Source of the DNA: Xylographa opegraphella
Taxonomy: Eukaryota
DNA: 64,000 nt
Assembly: GCA_022813865.1 (NCBI GenBank)
Contig: JALDZX010000020.1
Coordinates: forward strand, 124,001-188,000
Direction: 5' to 3'
A model generated the notes under the pieces. It did not search any database and was not told where the DNA came from. It saw only the letters and a program-made list of their open reading frames with translations. A program made the translations under genes and the position numbers. Within the stretch, counting starts at the first letter, position 1. Each line of letters starts with the position of its first letter. Positions 43,238-55,797 of this stretch are shown one piece after another.

Positions 43238-44030
43238 ATATTCCTAGTATGCCGTAACGATCGTGGCTATGGATACTGCACATCGACGAATAAGTACCAA
43301 TTCGCGATTCTCCATCCAAAGTGTCTTCCGTCTTGCACGATCACCTTGGAACCATTAGCTATGTAGTTATGAAGGCATGAATCAAGAACATAAAGTCATT
43401 TCGTTATTGATATAGGTCTTCAATGAGCATGTGATCGTCTCGCTTCGCTATGTGACCACGCGGGGAACGCGGACCCCACAGCTGTCTTATTCCCCATTCT
43501 CGTCCATCACATTCATTCACCGTCATAGCTCACTAAGTGTCTGAACTCATCAACAGCGGAGCTGTTGACATACTTGGCACGAGCCTGTTCATCCCTTGCT
43601 CGGAAACAACTCCCGTATTTTTGCTAATCTTCTGCCTACTTCTTCAGGTCGTTTTCTAGAAGGGCGGAAATAGCTTGCACGGCTCCTCATATTGGGTGTG
43701 AATTCATCATATTCTAGATCTTAGAATTGCTTGACTCATACCTCCCATACTATTTATGCCATGTTGTACTCGTCTTGTACTGCGTCCGACACTGGTCACG
43801 AACAAGCAAGAATCAGAACCGCTCAAGAATTGAAGCTATCGCCGTAAGTTTACACAACGACTGTCAGTGATGCACACCTAGCTGATAAGATTCGATCTGA
43901 TGTGACTCGAAGGCAATTGAATTCACTGAACCGACGGAGAAGACTTCTGTTTTGGCGCACACAACTTTCTCACAATCTTGCGTGTTGCCCGATCGCATGA
44001 GTGAGATACCTATTCGAGGTCAAAGTTCCG

Positions 44031-44937
44031 ATGGTGAGTTTTTGTTCAGGTTGATGCCTGATGTATATGGCTGACAATATTATGTCTTAGCTGTCTGGAG
44101 AGATCATGCACAGTCAGGAGATGGTCCACTTTCCATTCCTACAACTGACGGCCGAGCTTCGCAATCGGGTGTATGAGCTTGTATTTCCACCTGGGCTTAT
44201 TTATCGCATCTACTACAGAGGGTCGCCTCCCAGTTTCTCCGCTGTGGACCTGGGTGTACGCATCTTCATTCCTTTGAGACATAATGCAAACTTATCACTT
44301 TTAGAATGACGAATCACGCTTCGTTCATTGGGGCCACGTCTGTTTCATGCATCCACCCAATACCCACTTTCTCAACGGTATGGGCATGGGACTCCTACGG
44401 GCTTGTAGACAATTATACGACGAATGCATCGAGATTGCTTACCAAAATCCAATATTCGCAATCATGAATATCTTCCGAGCCCCCGTGGGCTGCGCTCTGC
44501 CATTCCTCAGATCACTTGGAAATCCAGCTTTACAGAATCTACGCTATCTAAGCCTTAACGTTGGAGAGCTGGATCACGATGACTATCCCGTAACCTCAGC
44601 TGATGCGCTCGAGTTTAGAGGAAGTAAGGCGGCTGCACTGGAACAATTGCTTTCACAGAGCCACTTGAGGTGTCTTTACCTTGCAGTAGAATATTCGCTT
44701 GGCGCGAAGGGAGATGGAGCATCAATAACCTATCCCCGCTGGAAGTGGGTGTGTGCCTTCATCAAGAGGAATCAATCGAACAAGCTGGTAGATGAGGTTC
44801 ATGTTGACTTCCTTGTTCACGAGCCGCCGTCTCAAAGCTTCATCGGCCGCTTGACCTCTGCCGCCAAATCCTGGCACGATCTTCCCTCCGTTTTAGAGTA
44901 CAAACACTGGCGCCTAGAAGGTATGCATTGGAAATAA
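44031..44937 (+). CDS. Hypothetical protein with N-terminal F-box-like motif
   Basis: FPFLQLTAELRNRVYELVF..GLLRACRQLYDECIEIAYQNPIF. In-frame introns at 44034-44090 and 44256-44304; an alternative start is possible at 44106. Confidence 0.72.
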
Positions 44938-46068
44938 AGCACAGATCCAAGACAGCTGACATGATCGTTATCAGGTTCCAAAGATCAAGGGTCCGGTGAA
45001 AATATAGATAACTTCGACTACAATCAACCGTTATTATTGTACAAAAACGTGCGTGAGTCGCCCAACGGTACAAAAACACATCTCAATATCTACAAATTCA
45101 TGAATTCTTATGACTGGGACTCCGATGACGATACGTTCGCCGATTGGGATCTGCACAGGGATTCGGAGGACGATTGGATATGAGCGAGCTTTTTCGGCCT
45201 TGTGCTTTTCCAAATCTCCCTCGCTCTCGCTTGCAGCGACGAGTTGGATAGCGTCCATGATGGCATCATCTGGGAGGAGGAAGAAGAAACGGGTTACGAT
45301 AGGGCCAGCTCGGGATTCGGGCCAATGAAGAAGAGCACTTTAGATCAGGTATAGACACGGTTAGGATCCATAGACGGCGAATTAGCACTCCCATCCACGT
45401 CTCGTGACACCCTGACATGCATTCTACTGTACCACTCCGCAAATAGGCGCCACCAGCGCAGCGACTGTGGAAGTCCCTTTACATCCAGACCATAGCCCTC
45501 TCCACGGCGAACCCTTTTTCCAAGACCGTAGTCCTGCCTACCCACCCTGCCCCTTGTCCGCCCATGTTCGAATCTCATCTCTAGCCCATACTCCTCCACT
45601 GCCATCTCCATTCCATATTACAAACACCAAGCAAGCTCCTACATTCCCACAACCCAGTCCACCCCCTGCGGACTCCAGTAAACTCCAGTTATAAGCGACA
45701 GAACGAAATTGTCTACGCCCTCCCGGATGCCCGGACGTGGAAATTGCTACTCGCAAGGCGCGTTACGCTCTCTCCTGCTTTAGCTCGATCGCCGGATCAG
45801 GGGTGGAGGGAGATAGGGAGCAAGTAGCAAGCGAGCACAGCATAGACATGAAAGGGCTCCTTGGAGGCATAAAAGTACTATAAATTTTCACGGAAAAGTC
45901 GTTAGAAGTCCGTTATTTACATCCATGACCCTTCCCTTTCCTGAGCCCCAGCAACCCGCGCCCCATGCCCCTGTATCCCATTTTTTATACAAACACCAGT
46001 CCCCCTACCTATCCCACCCACCTAGCCGTCCAGCTCTCCCAGCCCAGCCCAGCCCAGCCGAGACCACC

Positions 46069-47269
46069 TCACAGAACCACGCCCGCGGCCTTTAGTGCGG
46101 CGCCCACATCGAGCACGACATGCTGAGTGACGCTCGCGAGGGCTTGCTCGTAGTACGGCAGATGCACGCCGTCGTAGACGCTGCTGCGGCCGGCGACATC
46201 GACGGGCAGCAGGCCGTCGGTGTAGGTGGCGGTGATGAGCTCGAGGACGGCGGACTGGTTGGTGGCGGCGGCCATGGGGACGGTGTTGTTGCCCGGCGCG
46301 AGGACGAGGTCGGCGAGCGTGCTGGTACCGATAGGGCGGCCGGCGACGGAGAGGTCCAGGGTCACGTTGCCCATGGCGAAGGTGAAGACGGAGGGGTTGG
46401 GGATGAGGACTTCGCCGATGAGGTTGGTACCGTTGGCGGAGGGGGCGAGCAGGATGCGGAAGGAGGGCACGTCGAAGCCGGCGAGGCGGTTAAGGCCTGA
46501 GGGGAGGGTCGGTTAGTTGGGTGGGGGTTGTGCGTGGGGGAAGGACGGACCGGATAGTTGGACGGATTTCTTGTAAGCAACGCTTGTTTCCGGGAAGGCC
46601 ATCTCGTGCAGGGCGGTGGTGCCGCTTACTTCAAGGGCAACTGTCTCGTTGTTCAGTAGGGCTGTGGTAAAGGCGGCGAAGGCGCTCAGGTTGGCGATTT
46701 GGACGACTTGGTTCACGTCTGCGGTTGCTGTGGCGGTGGCGTGGATGGCAGGGATGGTCACATAGGCGTAAGGGGCCTGGCCAAGCAGCGAGAGCGAGGC
46801 ATTGAAGGCGTCGAGTTGGGGGTGGTAGGCGCTGCTGCTGGTGATCAGAGATGCCTGGTTGATGAAGAAGGAGGATTCCGTCGGGTTTGCTATGCTGACG
46901 GAGGTGATGTTGAGGGTGGAGTTGTCGATGCCGGATTGTGTAATGTGTGGGAACCCGACGTAGACGCTGTGTGGCTGTTAGCAGTGTCTGGTGGTACATG
47001 GGGATCCCGTCCCTCGTGGTTGGAATTAAGCAAGAGAAAATATAGCTAGATATGACTGACAGTAGTAAAGTAATCAGGAGTAAGACGGCAATGCCTATGA
47101 TGAGATGTAACCACCACCATCTTCTGAGGTGAGTCTTGAGTCTATGTCCGGATGTCCGTCTCCTGAGCACAGCAGCATCGTTGAAGTGGCTTGACTCCCT
47201 TTTCAGAGAGCTCGAGCGGTTCGTGCTGCTAGTGAGCTCCACCTGCGACATTTCCAACTCTTTGTCCAT
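46069..47269 (-). CDS. DUF3712-type single-pass membrane protein
   Basis: RRWWWLHLIIGIAVLLLITLLLVYVGFP TM segment, then a beta-rich region with N-glycosylation sequons, GLNRL..IPNPSVFTFAMGNVTL..DLVLAPGNN. Two introns. Confidence 0.82.
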
Positions 47270-48796
47270 GATGGAATATAGGACTTGTCCTGCAACGGCT
47301 GATAATTAAGAAGAGAAGCAGAGAAAAGTCATTATTGTATATTTATACCACCACAACGGAAACGGATTCGCTCGATTGAGACAAAGGATAAGGTAGAGAG
47401 GTCGGAGATGTAGTTCGAGCCAGGTCTAATACTAAAACCTCAGCACATGTCCATCCGCGGCCCATCGTTGCCCAGGGCTTCAATGAAGAGTCTTCACATG
47501 GCCGAGGTGTCTCTCTCACAATGGAGACGGCCGAGCCCATGCTCCGGGGGTTGTGGCCGGAGGCCATCGAGGAGCAGAAGACTGAGGCATAATGTCCAAT
47601 CAGGGCATTGAACAGCCGCGACGCGCAGAGTCGGCGTCTTCAGACTTCGGCGGAAGGCACCAAGAGAGTACAAGGCGCCGATACGATTTGCAGCTAGGCA
47701 TGCTCATCTCGCATCCAGGAGCTCTGCACTGTACGAGCGGAGGAGTCAAGAGGATCGTGTTTGAAGGTGAGATACTGGGGTGACAGGGGTGCTCGGGCGC
47801 TAGGCTGAGCATACGGACGCAGACCCGTATTCGGCCTAGTGCCGTTATGGCCGTACAGTGGAAGAACGGCCGAGGACGAAACGCATGAACCATTGGAAAT
47901 GGGTTAGAATTAATCGCTGCAGATTGATTGATTCAATTCCGCATGCAGTGTGCGTGTTTGTCATTATCCCAGTCCGTCATAACCTGCATCAGAGAAAATG
48001 TATGGCCCGAATATATCTTCTGTATGCTCTTCGCCAATTGGCTACGGGACCAGCCGACCAAGCGACCATTTAACGTAACAGCAACCATGGACAGCTGAAA
48101 GGGACGTCTCGAGGATCACGCTAAACAGCTTCAGACCGAAAAGGTGTGTGTAAAGCTGGTAACATATAGGACTCTCGGCTTCGGTGTGGCGCAAGACACG
48201 GGCACTTCCTCTCTTTCCACCCACCATGGTACCTGACATACCGTTCACATGTCTCCCCTCAGAAGACCGAATCCTAGTCCTCGGCGTCGGAGCCGAGTGG
48301 ACGTGAACCTATGAGGCAATCTGAGATCATAAACCTAATGATTGGTATCCGTTGACTCGCTTGCCGTATTGCCCTGACGATCCGCAAACATTAAGATGCT
48401 ACCGCTTCTTTCCCCAGCTTTCGCTATCTCGTAAGCGGGGCATTATGCTGCTGAACATACGAGACCGAGGAAGGAGCAGCGGCCATACTCATATCCAGTA
48501 CTCGTACACGAGATCCAGAGGGCTTATGTCGCACACGAGCGGAAATGAGCTCGGCGTCATCCTGTCTATGCCGAGTCTGAAAGACATCTTCATCTTGCGG
48601 ACGGACGATGCTTTTTCTTTTCTGTGTATACCCAGTGAATTGCTTACAAGCACGCGCATATAAGAGTCTCTTACCACGTCCACATCAGGTTCTGCGACTC
48701 ACAGTACCACCCAACCTTGTCTTTACCTTCTTCCTGTATATACATACTTCGCATCATCGGCCATCACTCTTTTACGGCATCCCCAACTCCCCAAAC

Positions 48797-49489
48797 ATGA
48801 AGCTGATCTCTCTCTTCTCCGCAGCTGGCCTTGTTGCCGTTGCCAGTGCCCAAAGCCAGTGTGACAGCGTGGCGGCCGGTATCCCTTCTTGTGCAGTTGG
48901 TCTCCTGCTCAAGGTCTCCTATTCCACATCCTGTTCTGATTCTCTACCTTGACAGAACTCCTGCATCCTCTCAGCTGGCTCCGCCGTTGGCTGCGCCGCC
49001 ACCGACTACCACTGCCAATGCACTTCCTCGGCCGCGATCCAAGCCTCCGCAGAAGGCTGCGTGCTCTCTGCCTGCGGTGCCGCCACCGGCGTGCAAGTCA
49101 TCACCGCCGTCGCTTCCGTGTGCTCGTGCGCGGCGACCGCTACATCAGCCGCTCCTATTTCCACCTCCACTGCCGCCGCTCCGGTATCCACAACGATGGC
49201 CACCGCCACCCCAAGCACGACCACGGTCGGGACGACGTCCATGGCCGTTACATCCAGTATTACGGCGTCGATGAGCTCGATGATGGGGTCTACCTCAGCG
49301 CCGTCCATGACGGCGTCGGCGTCGCTGGTGAGTGCGGCGAGTGGGACTGGAGCGATGACCATGTCAACTGGGGCAGCGTCACCTTCTATCGTGCCATTCA
49401 CGGGGGGTGCGATGACGTTTGTGGGTTCGGTGATGGGGGTGGTAGGCGCAGCTATGCTGGCGGTAATGGCTGTGTCAGGCGTTGTTTGA
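48797..49489 (+). CDS. Secreted CFEM-domain, Ser/Thr-rich, probably GPI-anchored protein
   Basis: Signal peptide; after intron 48896-48955 reads IPSCANSC..GCAATDYHCQC..GCVLSAC..VCSC; S/T/M-rich stalk; FTGGA followed by a hydrophobic tail. Confidence 0.88.
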
Positions 49490-51074
49490 ATGAATGTCAA
49501 CTGAGGATACGTAAATATGGGATTGGAGGGTACTTGGTGCGTGTAGACGGGTAATACGATGACAGATGGTGACCTTCATGCAATGGTAATATCCCTTATT
49601 CACGATTCTTCAAATGTCCGTGCGTTATTCCCAGTATAGTGAAGTCGGATTTGTAGAAATAGAGGTCAAGAGAAATTGAATGAAAGCGGATGCTCAGAAA
49701 GCCGAGTATTGGCATCCTTGAGGAGCTCCGACCTTATCCACAGATCGCAAATTGAGCGCACTTATGTCGAACTCGGCGGATATGTAAGAGAATCGGTATA
49801 AAATATATACAGTTCATCAACGGGACTTTACGACATTAACTTCAGGCCGTGTGACAAGGAAAGAGAGCTCTGAAAAAACAAACTTTGATTTTGTGATCCG
49901 CCGCTTCATCATACTCTGGCACAACGCAATTTATACACGAGAAACATGAAATGCAGCATGACCTTGTTGATCAAACATCAGCCTGAACTGATCATGTGAG
50001 CTTCAGTATCGACATCGTCGTATAAGCAGCGGCCAAGAGGAAATTTCAATTTTACTCGTTTCGCAACGGCATCTCCCAGCCTGATTTCAAGCAGCGTGGG
50101 TGGCAATGTTGCGTATGTGGTGGCATTGCCTTATTCATTTTGAACCATTGGAAGAAATCCAAGTCCAATGTCCCCGGGATATCTATTGCTGGGCGTACCA
50201 CAAGAATATTGGTGTAAGCACTACATCCACATATTATCCGAACATACGGCGCTGTCATTTAGCATCTTGTCCGGCATTAGGCCCGGCCGTCACAGGTATC
50301 AGCTTTCACGACTGATGTTGGCATGTCAAATCTGCTGCCGTCTTACTTGTAAGTCGGGACGATGATGTGCTGGATGATAAAAGTAGGTCGATTGGTCGGT
50401 CATCACGGTAAATATCTCCGCCGGACTCGGCCCGACGGCGAGTTCTTGTAGCCGGGAATTACCCGATCTTCTTCCGCATCTTCAGGTATCTTACAGAAAT
50501 ATTATTAGAGCAGCAACTTGCTCCAACTAAGGATAGCGATCTACGGATCTGGCCGAATTCTGTGCTTCCAAGCTAGAGTCATTTGTCTGCTCTCTGCCTG
50601 GACCGCAAGTGACTACTTCATACAACAGCTCTACTTTTCGAGAATCAAGCACAATTGAGGAATTACAGTGTATCACATTCTTTTCACGCTTGTCAGCAAC
50701 AGTGTATATTGTTATCTTCTGCACTATCATCTCAGCCATCGGAATATGCAAAAAACAACATCCTTCCCAACGGGTAGATATCCCTGAAGACTGTTGTATT
50801 GTGGCTTCTTCCAAGTTGTCTGTATCACTAACCTGTCTATCAATATTCATCACCAGATTGAGCCATTGCTACTCCGTGTATAAAGCTCGATCTGCTTTCT
50901 CATTTGAAAATCCAGCATTTGCCTCATCACTCTCGTCTTTACTACTTCTCTTTACAAGCTCTGGCAGCTTGTCCGATCCCTCTATTACATTTCTTTTGTG
51001 ACTTAAAGCCCTTGCTCGATCCTCAGTTTTTTCCAATTATCTCCATCCAGGTCCAGAATCGAGCCTTCGCCAGG

Positions 51075-51515
51075 ATGTATATGACACCTGCTATCACGGT
51101 CGCTATCCTCGCCTTCGCTGTTGGCCTCCAGGCACAACCCCTGAACTATGACGATGCCGCAATTACCGCCCGAAGTGCTCAACCTGAAGCTTACCCTGAA
51201 GCCTACCCCGATGCATACGCAGACGCGGAGCTTGAGGCGAGAATGAACAGCCACGTTGGCGATTTCGTCAAAGGTGCTGTAGGCGGAATGGCCGCCAACG
51301 CGGTTGCGAATCATTACGGACACGGAACCTCAAATACCAACGCTGCACTTATGGGCGGCGCTGCGAATATTGCGGCGCACAGCGAGCACCTCCAGCATGC
51401 GGGACAGAGGCTCTCGAACAGTCTGCAACGGCTCATTCAGCGCGATACCGAGGCTGTTCTGTACCAGCTTGCGATTCAGCGTCGAAGCCAGCTGCGGAAT
51501 GCCCTTCAATACTGA
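51075..51515 (+). CDS. Small secreted prepro-peptide (146 aa)
   Basis: Signal peptide MYMTPAITVAILAFAVGLQA; acidic X-A/X-P dipeptide pro-region; LEAR; Gly/Ala/His-rich core. TATAAAG near 50879. Confidence 0.8.
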   Translation: MYMTPAITVAILAFAVGLQAQPLNYDDAAITARSAQPEAYPEAYPDAYADAELEARMNSHVGDFVKGAVGGMAANAVANHYGHGTSNTNAALMGGAANIAAHSEHLQHAGQRLSNSLQRLIQRDTEAVLYQLAIQRRSQLRNALQY

Positions 51516-52612
51516 TCGGGCAAGGGGAGGCTCCAAGTCGGATACCTACGCAGTACTTCTTTGTGCACCTCACAGGTTTACAGTTCATGGTGTGCATTAT
51601 GCAGCATGGATAGACAACCCATTTTAGTGGAACTATAGTTAGATAGATCCTCAGCAGCCAGGCATTAAAAGTGACCCGCTAGTTCGCAGTTCTACTTCTT
51701 TTCGTGGTCAACTGATGATCACGTTGTGCTGTGACCTCATGAAGCCGTAAAATCGATTATATTTCCGTTATTTCCACGAGTGACCTCCCTATAGCAGAGG
51801 CTAAAGAATTACAAGGATGCGCGCCCCTCGCTACAAGCTCGGAAGACTTGCTTCAGCCTTGGATGTCTGAGAAAGAGATTGCATTGCTCGATGAAATGTC
51901 CGAAAATCGGCTTGATGTTTCCAAGAGTCGGCATGCTTCAGCCTTGAAATCTAGCACATTCAAGTACCCTGATCTCTGCCTAGAGCTTCCGCTTGATCAC
52001 ATGCCACGGCTCTCTGACCGTGTTGCCAAAGCTCTCCGCTGCTTAATTCTCCCTTTCTCGAACCTTACCAAGCGTCCTTTCCCTCACCTCAGTTCGGGGA
52101 GAAAACTGTGTGGACCATAGCTTGTTAACGTGACCTTTAATGCACGAACTCGGTAGGTTCTGTCTCGAGCCGCCAAAGTCTTGTAGTTTGAACCCGATTT
52201 GAACAATGACACATGCATGGAGTTTATTACGTATACATAGTAAAACATGGTGTTGCTTCGATGAACCACGCCAGTGCAGGACACCCTTGTCCTTCTCTGT
52301 CTTGTCCGTAATGTTGCCATAATTTGTTTATGAACCCATCACCTTTATGGCATTGAACATCGATGTAATGTTGAAAAACAGTAAACTAGCCCTTCTCTAC
52401 CGTTCTGAGCCTGATCAATGCTCCAGGGAAATTTGTTGCAGCTCGAGGGGCCTCAAAGAAAACACTTTTTTTTTCTCGAGCTCAACAGTGGGCCCTTTGA
52501 GGAGCTCCGGCGACGTAAGGGTATCAAGGACAGGTTTGTAGATTTTAACGACTGGATAGTCGTCACAGAACCCTTTAGAGGCCTTGTTGGGAGCACATAC
52601 GGTACAGTCGGA

Positions 52613-54272
52613 TTAGCTTGGTAAGGCTGGAACTGGAACCTCCATCCAATTCTTTTCACCCTTTTTGGGATTTTCTCTCAATACGAGAAGCTTTCTTGTA
52701 CCACAAAAGCGGCCGGGCCGGGCTGTACGTTTAATGATGGAGTGGGTACCTAAAACATTGCTCCCGGCTTCATTAGGCTCGACGCCCCTTCCTGTTTTAC
52801 TGTATTCCCAAACTCTTTCTTGCACTTCGTCCTCTGGTTGTTGCAGCCTCCGTGGGTTGTACCAAGGCATACCTATCACGTGATTGAGTATATTGTGAAT
52901 CAGCGGATAGATACGCTCTATCCGACGAGTATAAGGTAGCCAGTGAAGGGTTGATGAATCGTAGGCAACTCGAACATAGGGATTCATGAAAATACCTGGG
53001 TCTGTTGCATTATCATAACGTTGGCGAAGGTATGCCAAGTCTGCATGAATAAGGCAGCACTCGGAAGCCTCCCACAAAGGATCCTCGTCATAGCGGAAGC
53101 GGAGGGGTGAAACGTTGAAGCTGTCATGGTTGCTATTATCAGAAGGTATATTTTTGGGTGTTTTATCTTGGAACCATCTGGCTTCAAACGCGGTCATACC
53201 TCCCCAACATGAACGAACTCGGACTGCGTCCTTTTGTCCCAAGACATCCATCCTACTGACTGCGTCACCAGCATCTGTGAACCATGGGTAGAATGGGAGA
53301 CCCAGACTATATCCTTCCATGTCCCTCGTTGCATATGTATCATAGAACTTGAACGGGTTAATAAAATCTACCGCGCAAGCAGCGCCATATTGTGTACGTC
53401 CGAGTGAATCGATGTTTGTGGAGAACAATAGCTGCACGGCATCCACAGGGTCGAAACTGATGTCGTTGATGAAAAGCAGCTTATCGAACTTCATGGGTGA
53501 GCTGGCTTCGAGGGGCTCCAAGGCACGGTTCCGGACGTGCGCAAGGAAGGCTATACGGCTTGTTCGACTCTCACCTGACGGGATTATAATATGCGGGAGG
53601 CTGTCAAGAGAAACATGCTCGGATATGAGTGAGGATTTACCTATCGGCGGACACCATTAATAGAGCCTTATGTACGGTAATCTTCTGGGCCGGCTTACAA
53701 AGAAGTCTTTTGGCTAGATTCTCAAGCGACGCCGTTGCCCGTGCATCTGGATCATTCTCATAGATACTAAGGTGAACGTTGGCCGGGCCAAGCAAGTCCA
53801 CAAGTTCCAATACAGTGCTACCCCAACCTCCACCTACAAGAGCCCCTTCTGCATCGTACAAAGTGGCCGCGATGAAGACACTTTCGTTGTTGATATTCCC
53901 TCGTCCCGATTGTTTCGATTCTTGACATCGTCTCCTTAGTGCCTTGTAATGGTCTGGCAGATGTGCGTACGAAGGCCTGAAAGCAGCTGTGAATGCAACT
54001 AACAGGATAATAATACATAGCGTCGCCAGGAACACACAGAAAATACCACGCACTCGAAATCGGCATACTCGTCTTGATCTGGAGACTTTACTGTAGAAAT
54101 CTCTAAAGAATCGTAAAGAAAATCCGACCCAATGTAACACCAACAGCAATGCAGACCACACGAAAGAGGGTGATTTATAATGTTCATGAGTTGTGTTGCC
54201 AAAGGAGCGGATGGAGTCCGAGGATGATCTTGGAAGAAGCTCGTAACTTTCAGATCCTGGTCTTGTAGGCAT
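52613..54272 (-). CDS. Glycosyltransferase family 69 (CAP59/Cmt1-like alpha-1,3-mannosyltransferase)
   Basis: Type II TM anchor, VFIAA, VHLSIYEND, RIAFLAHVRNRALEPL, LLFINDI, FYDTYATRD, VRSCWGG, ASECCLIHADL, NPYVRVAY. One intron at ~53641-53698. Confidence 0.9.
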
Positions 54273-54582
54273 AATTCAACGGGAACAAATATATTATGCC
54301 ATTATATTACCACACTATCATCAAAAATAGCATCAATGTGTAGAGAAACTCGAGTTGATGAGTATTGATCTCATAATCGCCTCAGGCCTTCGAGTATTCA
54401 ACGGAGTGAGGATTACCCTTGCAAAGGTGACCTGACGAGCCTGAGTGCCAGGAACATCACAAGCGGACAACGGAATTAACTTTATCCGAAACAGGTATTG
54501 GTATTGGTCAGAACATATATTGAAGCAAGTACACTGCATTCCAATGGACCAGCATCGCATTTCCTCCATATCTTCCCTCACT

Positions 54583-55505
54583 ATGCTCCCTCTATTTGCT
54601 ATCTCGACAATCCTCCCGCTCATCCTCTTACCCTTCACCCTCGCCTCTACCCTCACGCTCCACTTGCCCGCCGGCCTGAACCCGCTCCCCCCTTCCACGC
54701 ATGCCACGCTTCTAACCACAAATCTCACCCTGAAGGCTCCGCTCCGCCGCAGTAACAGCTTCTCCTTCGCTAACGTACCGCCTGGAGATTACCTTTGTGA
54801 GGTCTACAGCCGGGATTACTTCTTTTCGCCCATGCGCGTGGACGTGGATGCCGAGCAGGGAATTGAAGTATGGCGCACTTATCGAGGCAATGAGTGGGGA
54901 AACCAAGGGGAACGAATGGGGGGTAGTGGAGACAGGAAGGAAGAGGAGGTGAGGATAGAGGTCAAAACACAAGGAGAGAAGGGATACTATGAGGGAAGAG
55001 GAGGCTGTGAGTAGTGCTCTTTCCTTCCGCTTGATGATAAGAGATAGGAGGCCGGGAGTAGTCCTTGGTTGTTGAGAGCAGAGCGTCGACTTAGGTGCTA
55101 ATGCTTTTCGCCAACAGTCTCGCCTCTCACGCTCCTCAAGAACCCTATGATCCTCATTGCGATATTCGGCATGGGGATGATGGTCGGGATGCCCTATCTA
55201 CTGGACAGCAGTAAGTTCCCTCCTCGGCTCTTTCTCTCCTTGAACTTCTCGTCGCCCTCCAGCGTTGCCCTTCGCGGACCATATCTGCCGCAACAATGCA
55301 CTAATCCCGCACAGTGGATCCGGAGACGCGAAAGGAGTTTGAGGAGTCACAGAAATCGGGTCCCTTGGCAGGTGTGTCGGCAGCGACCAATCCGATGCAG
55401 AATTTCGATATGGCCGCGTGGATGGCGGGATCTGGCAAGAGTGAGAAAACTGTGAGTACTGGGGCGGAAGAAAGGGGCGGGGGCAAGGCGAGGAGGAGGG
55501 GTTGA
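54583..55505 (+). CDS. EMC7: ER membrane protein complex subunit 7 (DUF2012)
   Basis: Signal peptide, PLPPSTHATL, FSFANVPPGDYL, YYEGR, LLKNPMILIA TM, MDPETRKEFEE, NFDMAAWMAG. Two introns. Confidence 0.85.
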
Positions 55506-55797
55506 GGTGAAGCAGCATCACGGTTTTGGGCATCGTGGATTATTGACGATAATAGTAGACTCGAAGTAGAAGTCCCATAAATCATGATATTTACGAGAAA
55601 TAGCATCTACTACGTACTAACGAAGCTATGTTGAGTATGTATACCATAGCAACTTTTTTATAGTCCATTTGACATGATAGTGATGCCAGTCGGCCAGGCC
55701 ATGCATCGGTAACCCATGCCTATGATATGCCACCCATAAAGCCTCCATAGAGACGTCGCAGAAAGCATGAAAACCCGAGTTCAACATTCATATGAAA

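Noticed and set aside
45034..45850. Possible small spliced minus-strand gene (..GPIVTRFFFLLPDDAIMDAIQLV..)
   Set aside because: One intron-like segment is present, but there is no reliable start and no recognisable motif; left uncalled.
46038..46059. (CCCAG)4 microsatellite
   Set aside because: A trivial simple repeat just past the DUF3712 stop codon.
51075..51515. Alpha-type mating pheromone precursor
   Set aside because: It has Ste13-type dipeptides but lacks repeated identical short cores flanked by KR and the typical WC..GQPC-like peptide.
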